Assembly (NCBI GenBank): GCA_964270895.1
Contig: OZ185439.1
Strand: one strand, 5' to 3'
Origin: Podarcis filfolensis
Taxonomy: Eukaryota
Length of the DNA stretch: 64,000 nt
Shown here: positions 1 to 12,337 of the stretch, one piece after another
How positions within the stretch are numbered: position 1 is the first letter of the stretch
Layout of the letters: every line of letters starts with the position of its first letter
Notes under the pieces: generated by a model
What the model saw: only the letters and a program-made list of their open reading frames with translations
Databases searched by the model: none
Told to the model about the DNA's origin: nothing
Position numbers and translations under genes: made by a program

Positions 1-147
1 ATAGAGCAGGAGCATGTGGCAAACACTGTCTGTCTGTCTGTCTCTCTAACCCCACCCCACCCCTCCCCATTAGCAGACCAAATCTCTGCATTAAGGTATA
101 AAGAGGGCTGTTACCTTTGCACCCTCTTTATAGGCTTCTTGGAGACA

Positions 148-220
148 TCTCATTGGCCGCTTTGGGAAACAAGATGCTGAACTAGGTTACCCCTTGGTCT
201 GACTCAGCAAGGCTGTTCTT
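148..220 (+). mobile_element. CR1-like 3' tail fragment (LINE or SINE tail)
   Basis: 'aacaagatgctgaactagg..ccttggtctgactcagcaaggctgttctt' resembles the squamate CR1-type 3' end; short and decayed. Confidence 0.45.
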
Positions 221-964
221 GAGTTCTCATCTATTTTTATCAAGGCTGCAAGTGCATCCCGGGAGTTGGAATCTTCCACTCTATTGGCATTTTCTCTGTT
301 TGGAGAGAGTCGCCCTTGTTCCCCAGCTGCAATCGCAACTTGGTTCTATAATTGCCACTAGTACTTTTATAAACATCAGATGGCTGCTAGCCACAGTGAG
401 ACTTGGATGTAAACGGCATCCTTAAGTAAAAGTTCACTTTGGGATTCCATCCCTGTGTGTGCCATAAAACTTCCACACAACCTGTCACATCTCTCCATGG
501 CTGCTTTATGTGCTATCCTGGACTTAAAAAAAACCAGCAGGTATGACCTTCATTCTCTGTGTGATTAATGATAGCAAACAATTTTATTTTAAAGACAAAT
601 AAGGCAGAGTAACTAGGGATGAGAAAAATTAATTAGGTGAAGAAGTTTTGCATTAGTTATGCAGATTGTGGGCCAAATTTAATTGATTGCTTCAATTTTA
701 CACACTGTACCATCTCATTTATTCAAATGGTTCAAGAGACATATAAATTATTTCAGTAAACATAGACGTGACACAATTGCTGTTTACAAAGTTATGCTGA
801 AATTGGGCCAGGCAGAGAGTTTAGAAGGGATCTGGCTACATTTGTGTGTTTGTGTGCATGTGTACATGTCTTACGAATGGGAGAATAAGTTCATTTAATT
901 CACATTTTAATGCAAATTTAATTAATTCACAGCCCCCCCCCCTAGAGAGAGAGAGAGAGAAAAA

Positions 965-1205
965 CCAACACAATTGTCTTTCCAGATTTGCAGTTGTTCA
1001 AATTGTGCAATGCAGTTTTCCAACCAAACAAAATTTGTAAAAATGAATATAATCATGAATAAAACCAAAAAATGTGTTGTATTTGGGGAAATTGTTTCCA
1101 AAAATGAAAAGAAAAAGGACAAAATTGCATACAAAATGTGTATATTAGGAGAACGGCACACTAAAAACATTCCAAATTTTCATGAAGACTTTAAAAAAAA
1201 CAAAA
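965..1205. mobile_element. AT-rich non-autonomous DNA-transposon-like repeat (partial)
   Basis: Shares blocks (aattgcatacaaaatgtgtatattaggag, gcagttttccaaccaaac) with copies at about 15.5, 49.9, 51.1 and 56.3 kb. Confidence 0.6.
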
Positions 1206-1430
1206 ACCCTGTGCCCTGAAACAGCAGCCAATGTACGTTTGATTTACTATCATTGTCATTTGACAACCTAAGTAATTACCAGCCAGTTGCCAACCTCCCT
1301 TTTAGGGCAAGGTTCTTGAGCGGGTGGTCATTGACCAAATCCAGGCCTTCTTGGAGGAGACTGATTTTCTAAATGCATTTCAATAGAGGTTTCAGCCTGG
1401 CTTTGGCCCCAGAACTGACCTAGTTGCCCT

Positions 1431-2080
1431 GGCCATCTTTACCCAGGGCTGCAAGGTGTGCGGGGCACCCGGGCACTGGGGGGCACCAGGTGCCCACCAC
1501 TGAAGCCGCCTAAGCTCTTAACTATCTACCTGTTATGAAATAATAAATAATTTTGATCAAGCTAGAAAAACAAAATACATATATTCCTAGGTATCACCGA
1601 AATGTATACCTACTGTTTCACTAAAGGACTTTCGACTTTGTGCGCTCATTTACCAAAGATGCGCCGCTCTAGCAGCGGCGCTTGTCAGACTCAACGACGG
1701 TGCTTGTCATTCTCAATGGCGCCGCGCATGCGAAATTAACTCTTACATCAAAATATTATGTTACGTATTGTACTGAGCTGCTTTGTAGCAGCGGGGTCAG
1801 TGGCACCTTTGACACGACTGATGTTTCTCCTAAGTAGGTGCCTAAATAAATAAGTTTAAGTGTGGTGGGGCTGTATACTTAAGTATAAGTGTATTGTAAA
1901 TAAATGAGCAAATAAAAAAGTTTGTTTCTTTTTCCTCCCTTCTTTCGTAAAGAAGAGATAAGGCGTAAGCGTGGTGTCTGACATATGCATAATAAGAGTT
2001 AATTAGGGGGCTAAACTAAATTCGGGGGGCAATGGGGGGATCTTTGCACCCCGGCAGTGCATATGCTAAAGACGGTGCTG
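1431..2080. mobile_element. Non-autonomous hAT-like DNA transposon inserted in the L2
   Basis: Right end 'taaagacggtgctg' and degenerate left end 'ccatcttta'; CpG-rich interior; interrupts the L2 RT frame exactly. No clear TSD. Confidence 0.6.
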
Positions 2081-2320
2081 CTAGATGCCATATATGATGA
2101 CAGATGCAATGTGTCCCTGTTAATCCTCCTTGACCTCTTGGTGTCTTTCAATAAAACTGACCACTGTATCCTTCTGGTGAGGCTATCTAAGTTGGGAGTG
2201 AGCAGAACTGCTTTGCTGTTGATCCTGTCCTACTTGGATAGTCATCTTCATTGGGTGATGCTTGGAGTTTTTCAGCACCGTGGGATCTTCAGTGTGGGGC
2301 CCCTTAGTGCTCAATTCTAT

Positions 2321-2488
2321 NNNNNNNNNNNNNNNNNNNNNNNNNNNNNNNNNNNNNNNNNNNNNNNNNNNNNNNNNNNNNNNNNNNNNNNNNNNNNNNN
2401 NNNNNNNNNNNNNNNNNNNNNNNNNNNNNNNNNNNNNNNNNNNNNNNNNNNNNNNNNNNNNNNNNNNNNNNNNNNNNNNNNNNNNNNN
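2321..2488. other. Assembly gap (168 N)
   Basis: Run of N. Confidence 1.
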
Positions 2489-3654
2489 AGCTTCCAGAGT
2501 ATATGAAGCTACTGAGTGGAGACATCCAGAGTTTTCAAGTGTGTTATCAGCAGTATGCATTCATTCCAGTATATTATTCCTATATATGAAAACAAGAAGT
2601 GGAATCCTACTACTTTGGATACCATATTGATTGGATAACTTATTGACTGGAAAGGCAGTATACCGTTAAAGGAGGAATTATGTACACCCTTATTGAAATG
2701 AACAAAAGTTCTTTATATGTACATACTTGGAACCGTCCTGCCAAAGTTGTTTCCTCTATGAGGTCATAATGGGGGGAAATGCATACTGTAGTAAACAACA
2801 TGTGATAAATGAACACAACATAGTGGCCTTTAGGATTAATGAGCTATTTTCTAATGAGATATAAACAAGACACATTATGTTGCTCTTTTCTTCCTCAACA
2901 TTGTTTTATATCATGGCACATCGTGAATAATGGCTTAGAGTCCAGAATGTTAAACCAGCTGTTTTAAATATTTGTGCCTCAAAATGGCTCTTGGGCAGAT
3001 TATCAACCAGGAAAGGATGAGCATGGATAGACTACGCATGCTTATTTGCATATTGAGGCCCCATGACCACCCTGTCCCCTCAGGTGAAAATTAGACAACA
3101 CACAGCATATTAGTTTTGGGATCCAATAAGGCCAAAACTTTATTGGTTACAGATGTGAGGTTTGGCCATAGGCATTGTGGTAAGCAATGGTGCATGACAT
3201 TCCATCCTGCCCATCCGCTGGCAGTGTTTCCAAGGGCAAAGCCAGTGGAGACCGTGCCCTATGACCTACGTCAAATTGGGGTGTCCCCAAACCCGTCCCT
3301 GTTAGAGGAGTGTTATGGCCCTAGCCCCTGTCTGGGCATCGGACAGGAGCCACTCCTCCTGGATCCTTTTAACAGGATACCCTTATCCATGAAGGGGCAG
3401 GCAGAGGCTACAACCTCCCCTCCAACCAAGCCTAGGCCTCTCCACAAGTGTAAATATATTATGACAAAGATCTTGGACTCTGATGCTCTTGATTACATCA
3501 GAGACAGGAAAAAAATATTGCCAGCATTTTCCCCCTAGGCGAAGCATTTTTCAATCATCTTAAATTCTAATTATTCTGTTGTCTTCCATTTTGTATATTA
3601 AGCAGTAAATCCATGGAGGGAGATTGATTCATATTATTATTTATTACAATATAA

Positions 3655-3745
3655 TATAATAAAATTTGTATACTGCCCCTCAGCCAAAGATCATAGGGCA
3701 GCTTACAGCATAGAAATACAAAATGAGAGCACAAAATACAGCATG
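3655..3745 (-). mobile_element. L2-like LINE 3' tail
   Basis: 'ttgtatactgcccctcagccaaagatcatagggcagcttaca' next to an ATT-rich tail is the reverse complement of a squamate L2 3' end. Confidence 0.55.
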
Positions 3746-6700
3746 GAAAAAAACAAAAACAAACCAATATCAATAGTTATTTTTCGATATTCCTGGAATA
3801 ATAAGAAAGCAACCCTCCAGTCTTCCTGCTATCAATCCAATGATGCTTGGCAGAGGTGGGGGGGGGGGGACACCAGTACAAAAGAAACGAAGATAAAAAG
3901 GAAAAATAAAGCCGCAGAAAATATTCAGATTGTGCCAAATGGCAAGGCATTTGCTAATACAAAGACCCATTACATCTCTGGTTAGCTGAATGGTTAGGCC
4001 AGGACCAACAGAATTTTGACATCAAGGAAAGATTTGGAAGCAACAAGAAGTGGCTTACCAGGCACAGTGGAACTGCTGTGCTCCCATAGCAGCTGTGAGC
4101 TCCAGTTTTTATACTTTGAATTTAAATTCTATGTAACAGGGGCTTGCTTAGTGAGTGAACAACATGACACAATGTCCTTTTAATCACGCTTGTTCTTCCA
4201 AGTTTACGTTCCTGTGAGTTACGTTTGCAATAAGAAGGACTCAGTCCTAATTTGTGGAAGACTACATCTTATCTTTATCCTGAATTTATCCTAAAAATGG
4301 GATTGTCTTCTCTGTTTGAAATCCAGTTTCTGCTCACAGGACTTGTGCTCTGATCTTTTCATTAGGGTGAGGATGTTTCCTGTTCTTATAGCTTACATAT
4401 GAGATAGCAGGTGTCCCAGAATCACAGATAGTTCAGGAGGGGATACCTTTTATGTTATGCCAGCTTTACTGGTGCCACAATTCATAAAACTAAACCATGT
4501 AAAAAGTCCAGACTAGCACCTATCATTACAGGAAGCAGTCAGAGCAGTCATCTCTCTGTGAGCATGCAACATAGCTTCACATTCTTGCTTAAGATTTAAC
4601 TAGCTGTGCTCAAAACTTCTCCTATGTTGCCCAGACTAGTAGTACTTTACTTAGCAACTTGTGAAAGAGACCGCTACAGGTCTTACAGTGTGCATGGAAG
4701 CGCTTGGATTTTTTTTAAAAAAAAAATTAGATGACCAGGATCAGTGGTAATCAAGCCACACAATTTATAATTGGACTAGGAACAAAGGCTTACAGAACAA
4801 AGGATGTCACTTCCAGTCAGAGTTGAGCATTAAAAGCTTCTGTTTTAGACACTTAAAAAAATCAAAAATCTGGACATGCCATTCTACTAACTCTGGCAAA
4901 GTATTTGAACATTTCTTTAATCTGTCTTATCTGTTAAGGGATTCCAATTTGGCAGTGCGATGTAGCACTCCGGGTGGCCAACACATAGAAAATGACTCTC
5001 TAGCAAAGGACATTTATTATGCCTTGTTAGAAAAGATTTGTAACTGGAGAAGATCCATGTGCAAACAATGCGATCTGGAATGTGCTCCATGAGGTTAAAG
5101 TCCCCTGAACGTAGTCAACGAGACTAAGTTTGCCTAAGAGCGTTTTGGATTGCAACCAAAGAAAACAGCTGGAGTGAAAGTGACAAACTTGTCAGAGAGC
5201 ATTAGGCAAATATGGAATCAACTAACTTTTGCCCCTATGAATCCATCACATTATTCAGAAAAGTGGGCTTTGAATTTTTCAGCCTGTCACCTGGTTTGTC
5301 AAATCAGTACTACAAAACATGTAACAAAGGAAGGGAAAACAGGGAAAGTCACCTCTTCCCCTAATCAGAGCAGATCAGATTTCTCTTCAACAAAGGAGAT
5401 GCCATATATCCAGATCAAAAATCCCAGTTTGTATTCCCAGAAAGTTTTGCACAAAATTACCAATGTTCACATTTACAAAGCCCAATTGCCCTGTCAAGCT
5501 TTGATTAATAGGGCTACCACTGGTGGAGTCGTGTTTTCTATGTTGGGGGAATGGGGAAGAGCTTCTCTCCCCCAAACAATTGTCTGTTGTTGTTGTTATT
5601 AAAAGAGTTTTGAAGCAAGCCTGGCTACTCATTTGAGGTCTAGGTATTGTGTGACTCATATCAGTTGTATTTGTCAATTTGGGGCTTCATGCAGAAAGTG
5701 CAGCATGGCTTACTGTGAACGTAATTTATTTCAATTTCAGGAGCACTGTGGTTTTTCTAATGAGCATCTTCTACATTACAGGGGCTTCCCCATTTTCTTT
5801 GAGTGAGTCACACGACATTCTCCATTACAGTGAACAGGGAAGTCCATTTATGCAGGAGCTTCGTGTTTTCAGTGCAGTGCTTGGGGAGCTCTCAGTCAAG
5901 GGGACTATTTTCAGGTTTGTATGTGTGAAGGATCAATACTGTTTCTTTTCAGTTTGGTTTATTAATTTTATGGATTGCTTCACACAACTGAAAGGTGTCT
6001 CAAAGCCATTTACAAGAGAGTAAAGCACAAAAATACAAAATAAAGCGTCCACAAACACAATCCAAATTTACAACACAAATACAAATATACAAGAAGTGTT
6101 CATCCAAAATCACTTGGAACGCAGAATACCACCCAACACAAGGACAAACTCCATAAACAGTCAATAAAAGCCAAACCACTTGGTGTGTTTAAAGGCCAGC
6201 CTGCCTGATTAATGCTTTCCAAAACCATATGCAAACCAAATCACAGCCACCCTCTTAATTTGGCAATGTCCACATACCTTTGTACCTGTAGATGTAATGC
6301 CTAACAAATAAAGTATGTGTTTGTTTCATCATAACAGTAGCAACCTCAAGCTTTGTGATGTGCCTCAAGCATGCGAGTTCCTACCCTTTACACATGGTGT
6401 GTTTTTGAAGTATCAGCTTGGCAGTTGCAGGTTTTCTGAGTGCAAGTTTTCTCTAAATCGGTTCCCTACTGCTACATTTAATGAGACTACTTAGTTTCAT
6501 GTTATTTTATAGCCAGCTCAGCCCTAACATATCTACCGTTTATGTTGTACAAAATGTGATGTGATCTTTTTCCATTACGTGACATTGCATATTAAAAATG
6601 AAAGAGATATAATTTAATTTGAACAGTGTTATTAATTTACATCTATGTATAAGTTATTAACTGCTGCTGGTTGCTGAGCTCCAAGGTAGGAAGAACCGTG

Positions 6701-7496
6701 TTTTGATTTATGTATTAATTATAACGCAGAAGCCAAAGTTCCTTTTATATTTAATGTGTGATTATTCTCCCAAAAAAGTGCCTTGATAGACACTCCAGCA
6801 TCACGGGGAGTTGGGTTAGTTTCCTACAGATTTCTATATGAAGGGCTCTCTAATCAGAAATCAATGGATTCACTCGCTCAACAATTGGCAGCCTTGGAAA
6901 ATTACTAGGGCTGTGCCAAGTGCTCTCTTGTTTCAATTTTCATGTGGAAAATAGTGCACGGGAGACAGGACCATTTTCCTTGTGAGAATGTTCGCCATTA
7001 TCCATTTCTGTTTGCTGCTATTGTTTCCTCTCTCTGCTGCACCAATCTTTTAATGACTGCAAGTACTTCTTCTTCCTTTGGGGGAACCAGAGCTCATTAG
7101 CAGAGCAGCTGCCTTGCCTGTAGAAATCCCAGGTTTAATTCCTTACAACTCCTGTTTTGCAGTGGCAGCTGGTGCCCGTTGGGGCTGGTGGGGTGGAAGG
7201 CAAGGAGCCCCAACAGTAGGTGGGGACAGAGATAACGAACATTTCTTTAATCCCATTTTCCTCCCCGGTGAGTTCTACAAGGGCAACACTGAGACTACAG
7301 AGGAGGAGGAAGCCAGCAGGCAGGGCGACCCCTCGGACTGGCTGTAAGCAAGAAGATTGAACGGTGGCTGAGGTTGGTGCACCAGTGTCCCTTTGGTCCT
7401 AATGGGTCAGCTATTTTGCTTTGTTTTTCTTTTTAACAGGAGACAGGTAGGACATGATGCAATAGGCCCTAGAAAGCTGCTGCTAGTCAAGTTGGC

Positions 7497-7956
7497 CAGT
7501 GTTTTTCCCCTGAAAAATATTTAGGGGTACTCTCATTTTGACTCAAGAAAATCACCATTTTATAGTTCAAATTGGGGAAAATAAATACAGTAAATGGGCA
7601 AAAGTACAAAGAACCTGCATTACGTCATATTACACAACTGACAGCTCGCAGTAACTTCCACATTGGCATGAGGTTGTGTGCACTAACATCTTCCCGATTC
7701 CAGGCTAGATTCCAACTCCTACTTCACGCATTAAAAGCTCGCTTCCGTCTGAGACTCAGGAAACACTGTGACAGGAAATGAGGCCATCATCAGGGGTGAC
7801 AAGAGAACTGACCATTCACCATTCTATTCAACAAAACTGACAATTCACCGTGCTAGAGAAGAAACTAATTTTTTAAAGTTTCTTCTTCCATTAGATTCAC
7901 AAAATGTTTAGGGGTATGAGTACTCCTGTGTCCCCCCCCCCCGAAAAAAAGCGCTG
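7497..7956. mobile_element. Non-autonomous hAT element with terminal inverted repeats (TIRs) and 8-bp TSD
   Basis: TIRs cagtgtttttc / gaaaaaaagcgctg; flanks aagttggc (7489-7496) and gagttggc (7957-7964) match 7/8. Confidence 0.85.
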
Positions 7957-7964
7957 GAGTTGGC

Positions 7965-8110
7965 AAAGATGGGCTTGGCCAGGGGCAGCCAAAGCGATGC
8001 CCTCCAGAGCTTCTTAGACTCCAACTCCTACCATCCCCAACATTTCACGATACTGGCATGGGCTGATGGAAGTTGTAGTCCAACAGCATCTAGGGGGCAG
8101 CACACTGGCT
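7965..8110. mobile_element. Short palindromic squamate MITE (actccaactcccatc..gatgggagttgtagtcc family)
   Basis: Internal inverted halves; related copies near 14.5, 27.0-27.25, 51.6, 54.1 and 59.3 kb. Confidence 0.6.
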
Positions 8111-9626
8111 ACCCCTGCACAAGGTGGACAAATAATCTGGACTGGAATAAGTCTTCTTCCTATGTTCCTTAATGAGTCAGTGCCAATGTGTAACCCAAGA
8201 CTATTCAGGAAGCACAAATGTCCTTATGCCATTTAGCTAATCATGCTTGGCTGCTGGGTAACATCATCACTGAAGGCAATACAGTACTGATTCAGAAGGC
8301 ACAGTGAATCTTCACTCTAAATAGTTTTTGCTCGCATTCAACACAACTGTCAAAAGAGAAATGCCAAAGACTGTGTACGTGCTCCTTGAAAATGCCCAAA
8401 ACGTAATGGAAAAGTAGGCTCTTTTTCAGCTAGAAATTGCCCTGTCAGTCATGCATCCATGAAAAAGAAATAATTTCAGCTGCTTAACAGTGCAATCCTA
8501 TGCATGCTTCCTTAGAAATAAGTTCCACTGTGATAAGTAAGCTCACTCCCAGGTAGATGTACATGTGGGTGCTGATTTAAAGGATTATTTTTACAGCAAT
8601 GAACCCCTCGATTTTCCAACAAGGAGGACGATTTGCCACAGGCCATGGTGCGAAGATAAATGCTTGGTAGGGGATAGATCAATGTGCAAACACCACCCTC
8701 TTTTCTTTTTGGAATAATAATTTTTAAAATCTCATTCTGATTGTTAGTTGCAGCTAAGGATGACACCCTTCTGTGCCTAGTAACTATGTTGCATTCCTCA
8801 GCAGTAGCTGGCTTCAGATAATAAGAACTCTTCTGTTCGGTGAATGCTCATGTAATCCAGAAATTATACTGGGTTCGTCACACAGGATAAACTTGGTGAC
8901 ATTCAGTAATGAAGAATGAGCTACTTTGTTGGCTGGCAAGTGAAAGTCAGCAACAGAGAAAATCCCAGCATATACATTTTTCTCTGTAATGTAAATGGAA
9001 GGCGCACTCAGCTTACCTTTCCACATGGTAGGATGGGAGAAGGCTTTTCTCTCCCTTTTTTAAAAAGTTTGCAATTTCTATCTGACACGCAAAGATTTCA
9101 AAGGTCTTGCAAATGAGAATCCTAATGGGAATCAGAACCCCTTTGGCTTCCAACTTCCCATGCATTCCTAAAGTGAGGAAGCTGACAAGATTTGAAACCA
9201 AGCAGACACATCTCATTTCTCCCGCCCAAGACCTCGGGGGAGCACTCCCCTGGGCAGCCTTTACAAATCTGAATGAGCAGCATTTTAATGCCGCTCATTT
9301 AAACTGCGTTTTAAAATCTAAGGATGTTTTCATCTGTGACAGGATAATCATGGCCTAAGGGGCCACAAGGTCTGATAGACAGGAACCAAAAATGTCACCT
9401 ATCAATCATTTGTAATGACACAGTAAGACAGAAGCAAAAAAATCCTCTGGCTTTTCTTTTCTTTTGGGGGTGTAGCACAAGTGTTAATACAGAAATGATT
9501 TTTATTACATTTAAATCCTACCTTTCCACCAAGGCGCTCAAGGTGGTGCATGTGGTTCATCCCCCCCCCCCCATTTAATCCTCACTACATACCTGTGAAG
9601 TAGTTTAAGCTGAGAGAGAATGACTG

Positions 9627-9859
9627 CCAACCTAGCAGTTCGAAAGCACGTCAAAGTGCAAGTAGATAAATACCGCTCCGGTGGGAAGGTAAATGGCGTT
9701 CCTGTGAGCTGCTCTGGTTCGCCAGAAGCAGCTTAGTCATGCTGGCTACATGACCTGGAAGCTGTACGCCGGCTCCCTCAGCCAGTAAAACGAGATGAGC
9801 GCCGCAACCCCAGAGTCATCCGCGACTGGACCTAATGGTCAGGGGTCCCTTTACCTTTA
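9627..9859 (+). mobile_element. Sauria SINE, 5'-truncated (copy 1)
   Basis: Colinear with the 3' two-thirds of the near-full-length copy at 41152-41499; ends in ctttacctttac. Confidence 0.9.
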
Positions 9860-9903
9860 CGTACCTGTGAAGTACGGTAGTTTAAGCTGAGAGAGAATGA
9901 CTG

Positions 9904-10140
9904 CCAACCTAGCAGTTCGAAAGCACATCAAAGTGCAAGTAGATAAATAGGTACCGCTCCGGCAGGAAGGTAAACGGCGTTTCCATGCGCTGCTCTGGTT
10001 CACTAGAAGCGGCTTAGTCATGCTGGCCACATGACCCAGAAGCTGTACGTCAGCTCCCTCGGTCAATAAAGCGAGATGAGCGCTGCAACCCCAGAGTTGG
10101 CCATGACTGGACCCAATGGTCAGGGGTCCCTTTACCTTTA
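9904..10140 (+). mobile_element. Sauria SINE, 5'-truncated (copy 2)
   Basis: Same 5' breakpoint (ccaacctagcagttcg) and the same tail as copy 1. Confidence 0.9.
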
Positions 10141-10269
10141 CATACCTGTGGAGTAGTTTAAGCTGAGAGAGAATGACTGGCCCATGGTCACCTGGTGAGC
10201 TTTATGGCTGAGTGAGGATTTGAACTTGGATCTTCTAGTTCCTAGTCCATCACTCTAACCATTAGGATG

Positions 10270-10831
10270 TAGGGGGTGTTAGGGGAGGAATAGTACCTTT
10301 GGTGGGGGAGACGTTGTGCTTCTTCTGGGGTAGTTTGTCCACCTTTGGTCCCCACCCTGCACTCAGCTCTCGCCAGTGGCTCCTAGAAGCTGTCAGCATG
10401 TGATAGTGGCCACACCCTGGGAACAACTTCAACTGGTGGTTAAACCAGGTGAGAGAAGAAAGAAAAGGCCTAAGGCGTAAACAAATGTGGAGTGGAGTCT
10501 CTAAGACAGTAGGATGGCGCTTTGTACACCTCCTTCTGGCAACTCCTCCAGCCAAGTTGGTGCCAAATGAATTGCTCTGCTTTTCTTTGGACTACATCAG
10601 CGAGGCCAAGATGGGGGTCTTGTCATCTGGGCAGCCCAGGACCTCCATACACACTGCCCAGACTTGCGCCCAGAGATGTCACTTCAGTGCTGCTTATACA
10701 ACAAAAACAATGCAGGAGCCAACAGTTATGGCTCTATGCAGCCACAACAAGCACTGTGATTCTTCAGAAGTTTGACTTCACCTGCAGAGGTGCACTCCAT
10801 TGTCTTATGAGACAGAGTGATGCTAACAACT
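10270..10831 (-). mobile_element. RTE-clade LINE 5' region fragment
   Basis: Reverse complement is colinear with the 5' part of the RTE at 45995-46200 (gtgaagtc; gctgcccaga..caagaccc..gcctcgctgatgt; ggagttgccagaag). Confidence 0.7.
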
Positions 10832-12098
10832 CTAACCATTACATTACACTGGATCTCACACCACACTGGCTCAAACCTGCTTCATCAGATGCTTATGTGT
10901 TCCAGGTGATTAACAAGGGTGCATATGAGAAAGCAAACTACCTGTACACGGTGGATCTCTAAAGGCAATGAAACCACAAGTGACAGAATTAGACCGGCAA
11001 AACAGAGATGATTTCAACATCCATTTAGCTGCCAGTGGTACCTAGAAATAAACCAGTCATTAGTGGTAAATCTGCACTGTAAGGTAAATAACCTTGACAC
11101 CTTAAGTCACCTATTGCTTTTTTTGGTGTGAATGCTATTCTCATTAAGACCAAATGCAACAGCACTATATTTGCTAATGAGTTGCTCATCAACGTCATGC
11201 TGGAGTTTCCCTTTGAACCTTTTTGTTCAAACCAGAAATAAGAACTGGATGGAGAAGATTCATGGAAAGGAGGGGGAGAAAGCAGTGTCAGTTAAGACAG
11301 TGTTAGCTGGCAGAGGCAGATGCCATCTCATTTTGCGTATCTGAGTTTAAAGACTTTATTTCCCATAACCTTGCATGCTTTATCCCTCTATTATCTTCAA
11401 TTGCCAATCTTTTCTCTCCTTTTGTTGGGAGAGTTTTTACTTTCCTAAAGGACTTCTAGCTAGAAGAATGACATTTCAGCACAGAAGTGGAAATCTGCAT
11501 TCTGAATAGCAATTGTGAAGCAAGCACCAAGGGACTCCTTATTTATTCACTCAAGATTAACATATCAAATAAGACTCAGCCTCAGAATTAGGGGTGTGCA
11601 ATGGGAGAAAACATGGCTTTGTTACTTGAGTCATTATCATTGTTAAAACCTTCATTTGTCCTATTATCCCTTTGTTAGGATCATTTTAATGTCATAAAAA
11701 GGGGGGGTGTCACATTTTCGTTATTCTCATTCATTTTCGTTGCCTCCTAATTTCTGTGCTAAAGACCCAGCAGCTCTTCTGCTGCCTGCAACTTTGGTAT
11801 TTTCCATCTTATTGACATAAATTGTTCTAGCATTCTGCTACTCTTCCAAAGAATCAGAGCTGCCAGATTTCAGATAGGGGAGGGGAAAGGACCCCCATTT
11901 TATGAGCAATCAGGCAAAAAAATGGGGGGGGGGATAATATGGTAGACAATAACCTATCAGGCAGATATGGGCAACAAGCTTCAGCAGTAGTGTGTCATGG
12001 TGGAGAAGCACTAGACTGGCAGACCTGGGAGGCAGAAGACTGGGAGGGTGGAGGAAAAACCTGTGGCAGCAGAGTTTGACTGGTTCCATATTACACTA

Positions 12099-12337
12099 CA
12101 GTGGTACCTCGGGTTACATACGCTTCAGGTCACATACGCTTTAGGTTACAGACTCTGCTAACCCAGAAATAGTGCTTTAGGTTAAGAACTTTGCTTCAGG
12201 ATGAGAACAGAAATCGTGCTCTGGCGGCGCAGCAGTGGGAGGCCCCATTAGCTAAATTGGTGCTTCAGGTTAAGAACAGTTTCAGGTTAAGAACAGACCT
12301 CCGGAACGAATTAAGTTCTTAACGCAAGGTACCACTG
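12099..12337. mobile_element. Tc1/mariner (Tigger-like) MITE
   Basis: TIRs cagtggtacct / aggtaccactg, preceded by TA; internal repeats caggttaagaac. Confidence 0.85.

Larger units (their letters stand above)
1295..2560 (+). mobile_element. Decayed L2-clade LINE reverse-transcriptase fragment, split by a hAT MITE (1431-2080) and an N gap
   Basis: Translations VVIDQIQAFLEETDFLNAFQ..PGFG, SLLILLDLLVSFNKTDHCILL.RL and YMKLL..IQSF.VCYQQYA correspond to L2/CR1 RT motifs (LLDLSAAFDTVDH; region leading to YADD). Confidence 0.8.
9495..10262 (-). mobile_element. MIR-like tRNA-derived SINE hosting two Sauria SINE fragments
   Basis: 'cctgtgaagtagtttaagctgagagagaatgactggcccatggtcacc..gaggatttgaac' includes a reverse-complement B-box; similar copy at 25.8 kb. 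Confidence 0.7.

Noticed and set aside
2057-2630. ORFs of 73-149 aa around 2.1-2.6 kb
   Set aside because: They are inflated by the N run; the real part is decayed L2 RT.
5150-5602. 150-aa ORF
   Set aside because: Non-ATG start, no recognisable motif or splice context; within chance range.
8548-8766. Minus-strand ORF with a GTGAGC donor
   Set aside because: The donor lies in a short, frequent squamate repeat (gcaatcctat..gtaag..ccc..) seen many times in the window.
9588-10179. Repeat-spacer-repeat pattern resembling a CRISPR array
   Set aside because: Vertebrate DNA; the 'spacers' are homologous SINE pieces and there are no cas genes.
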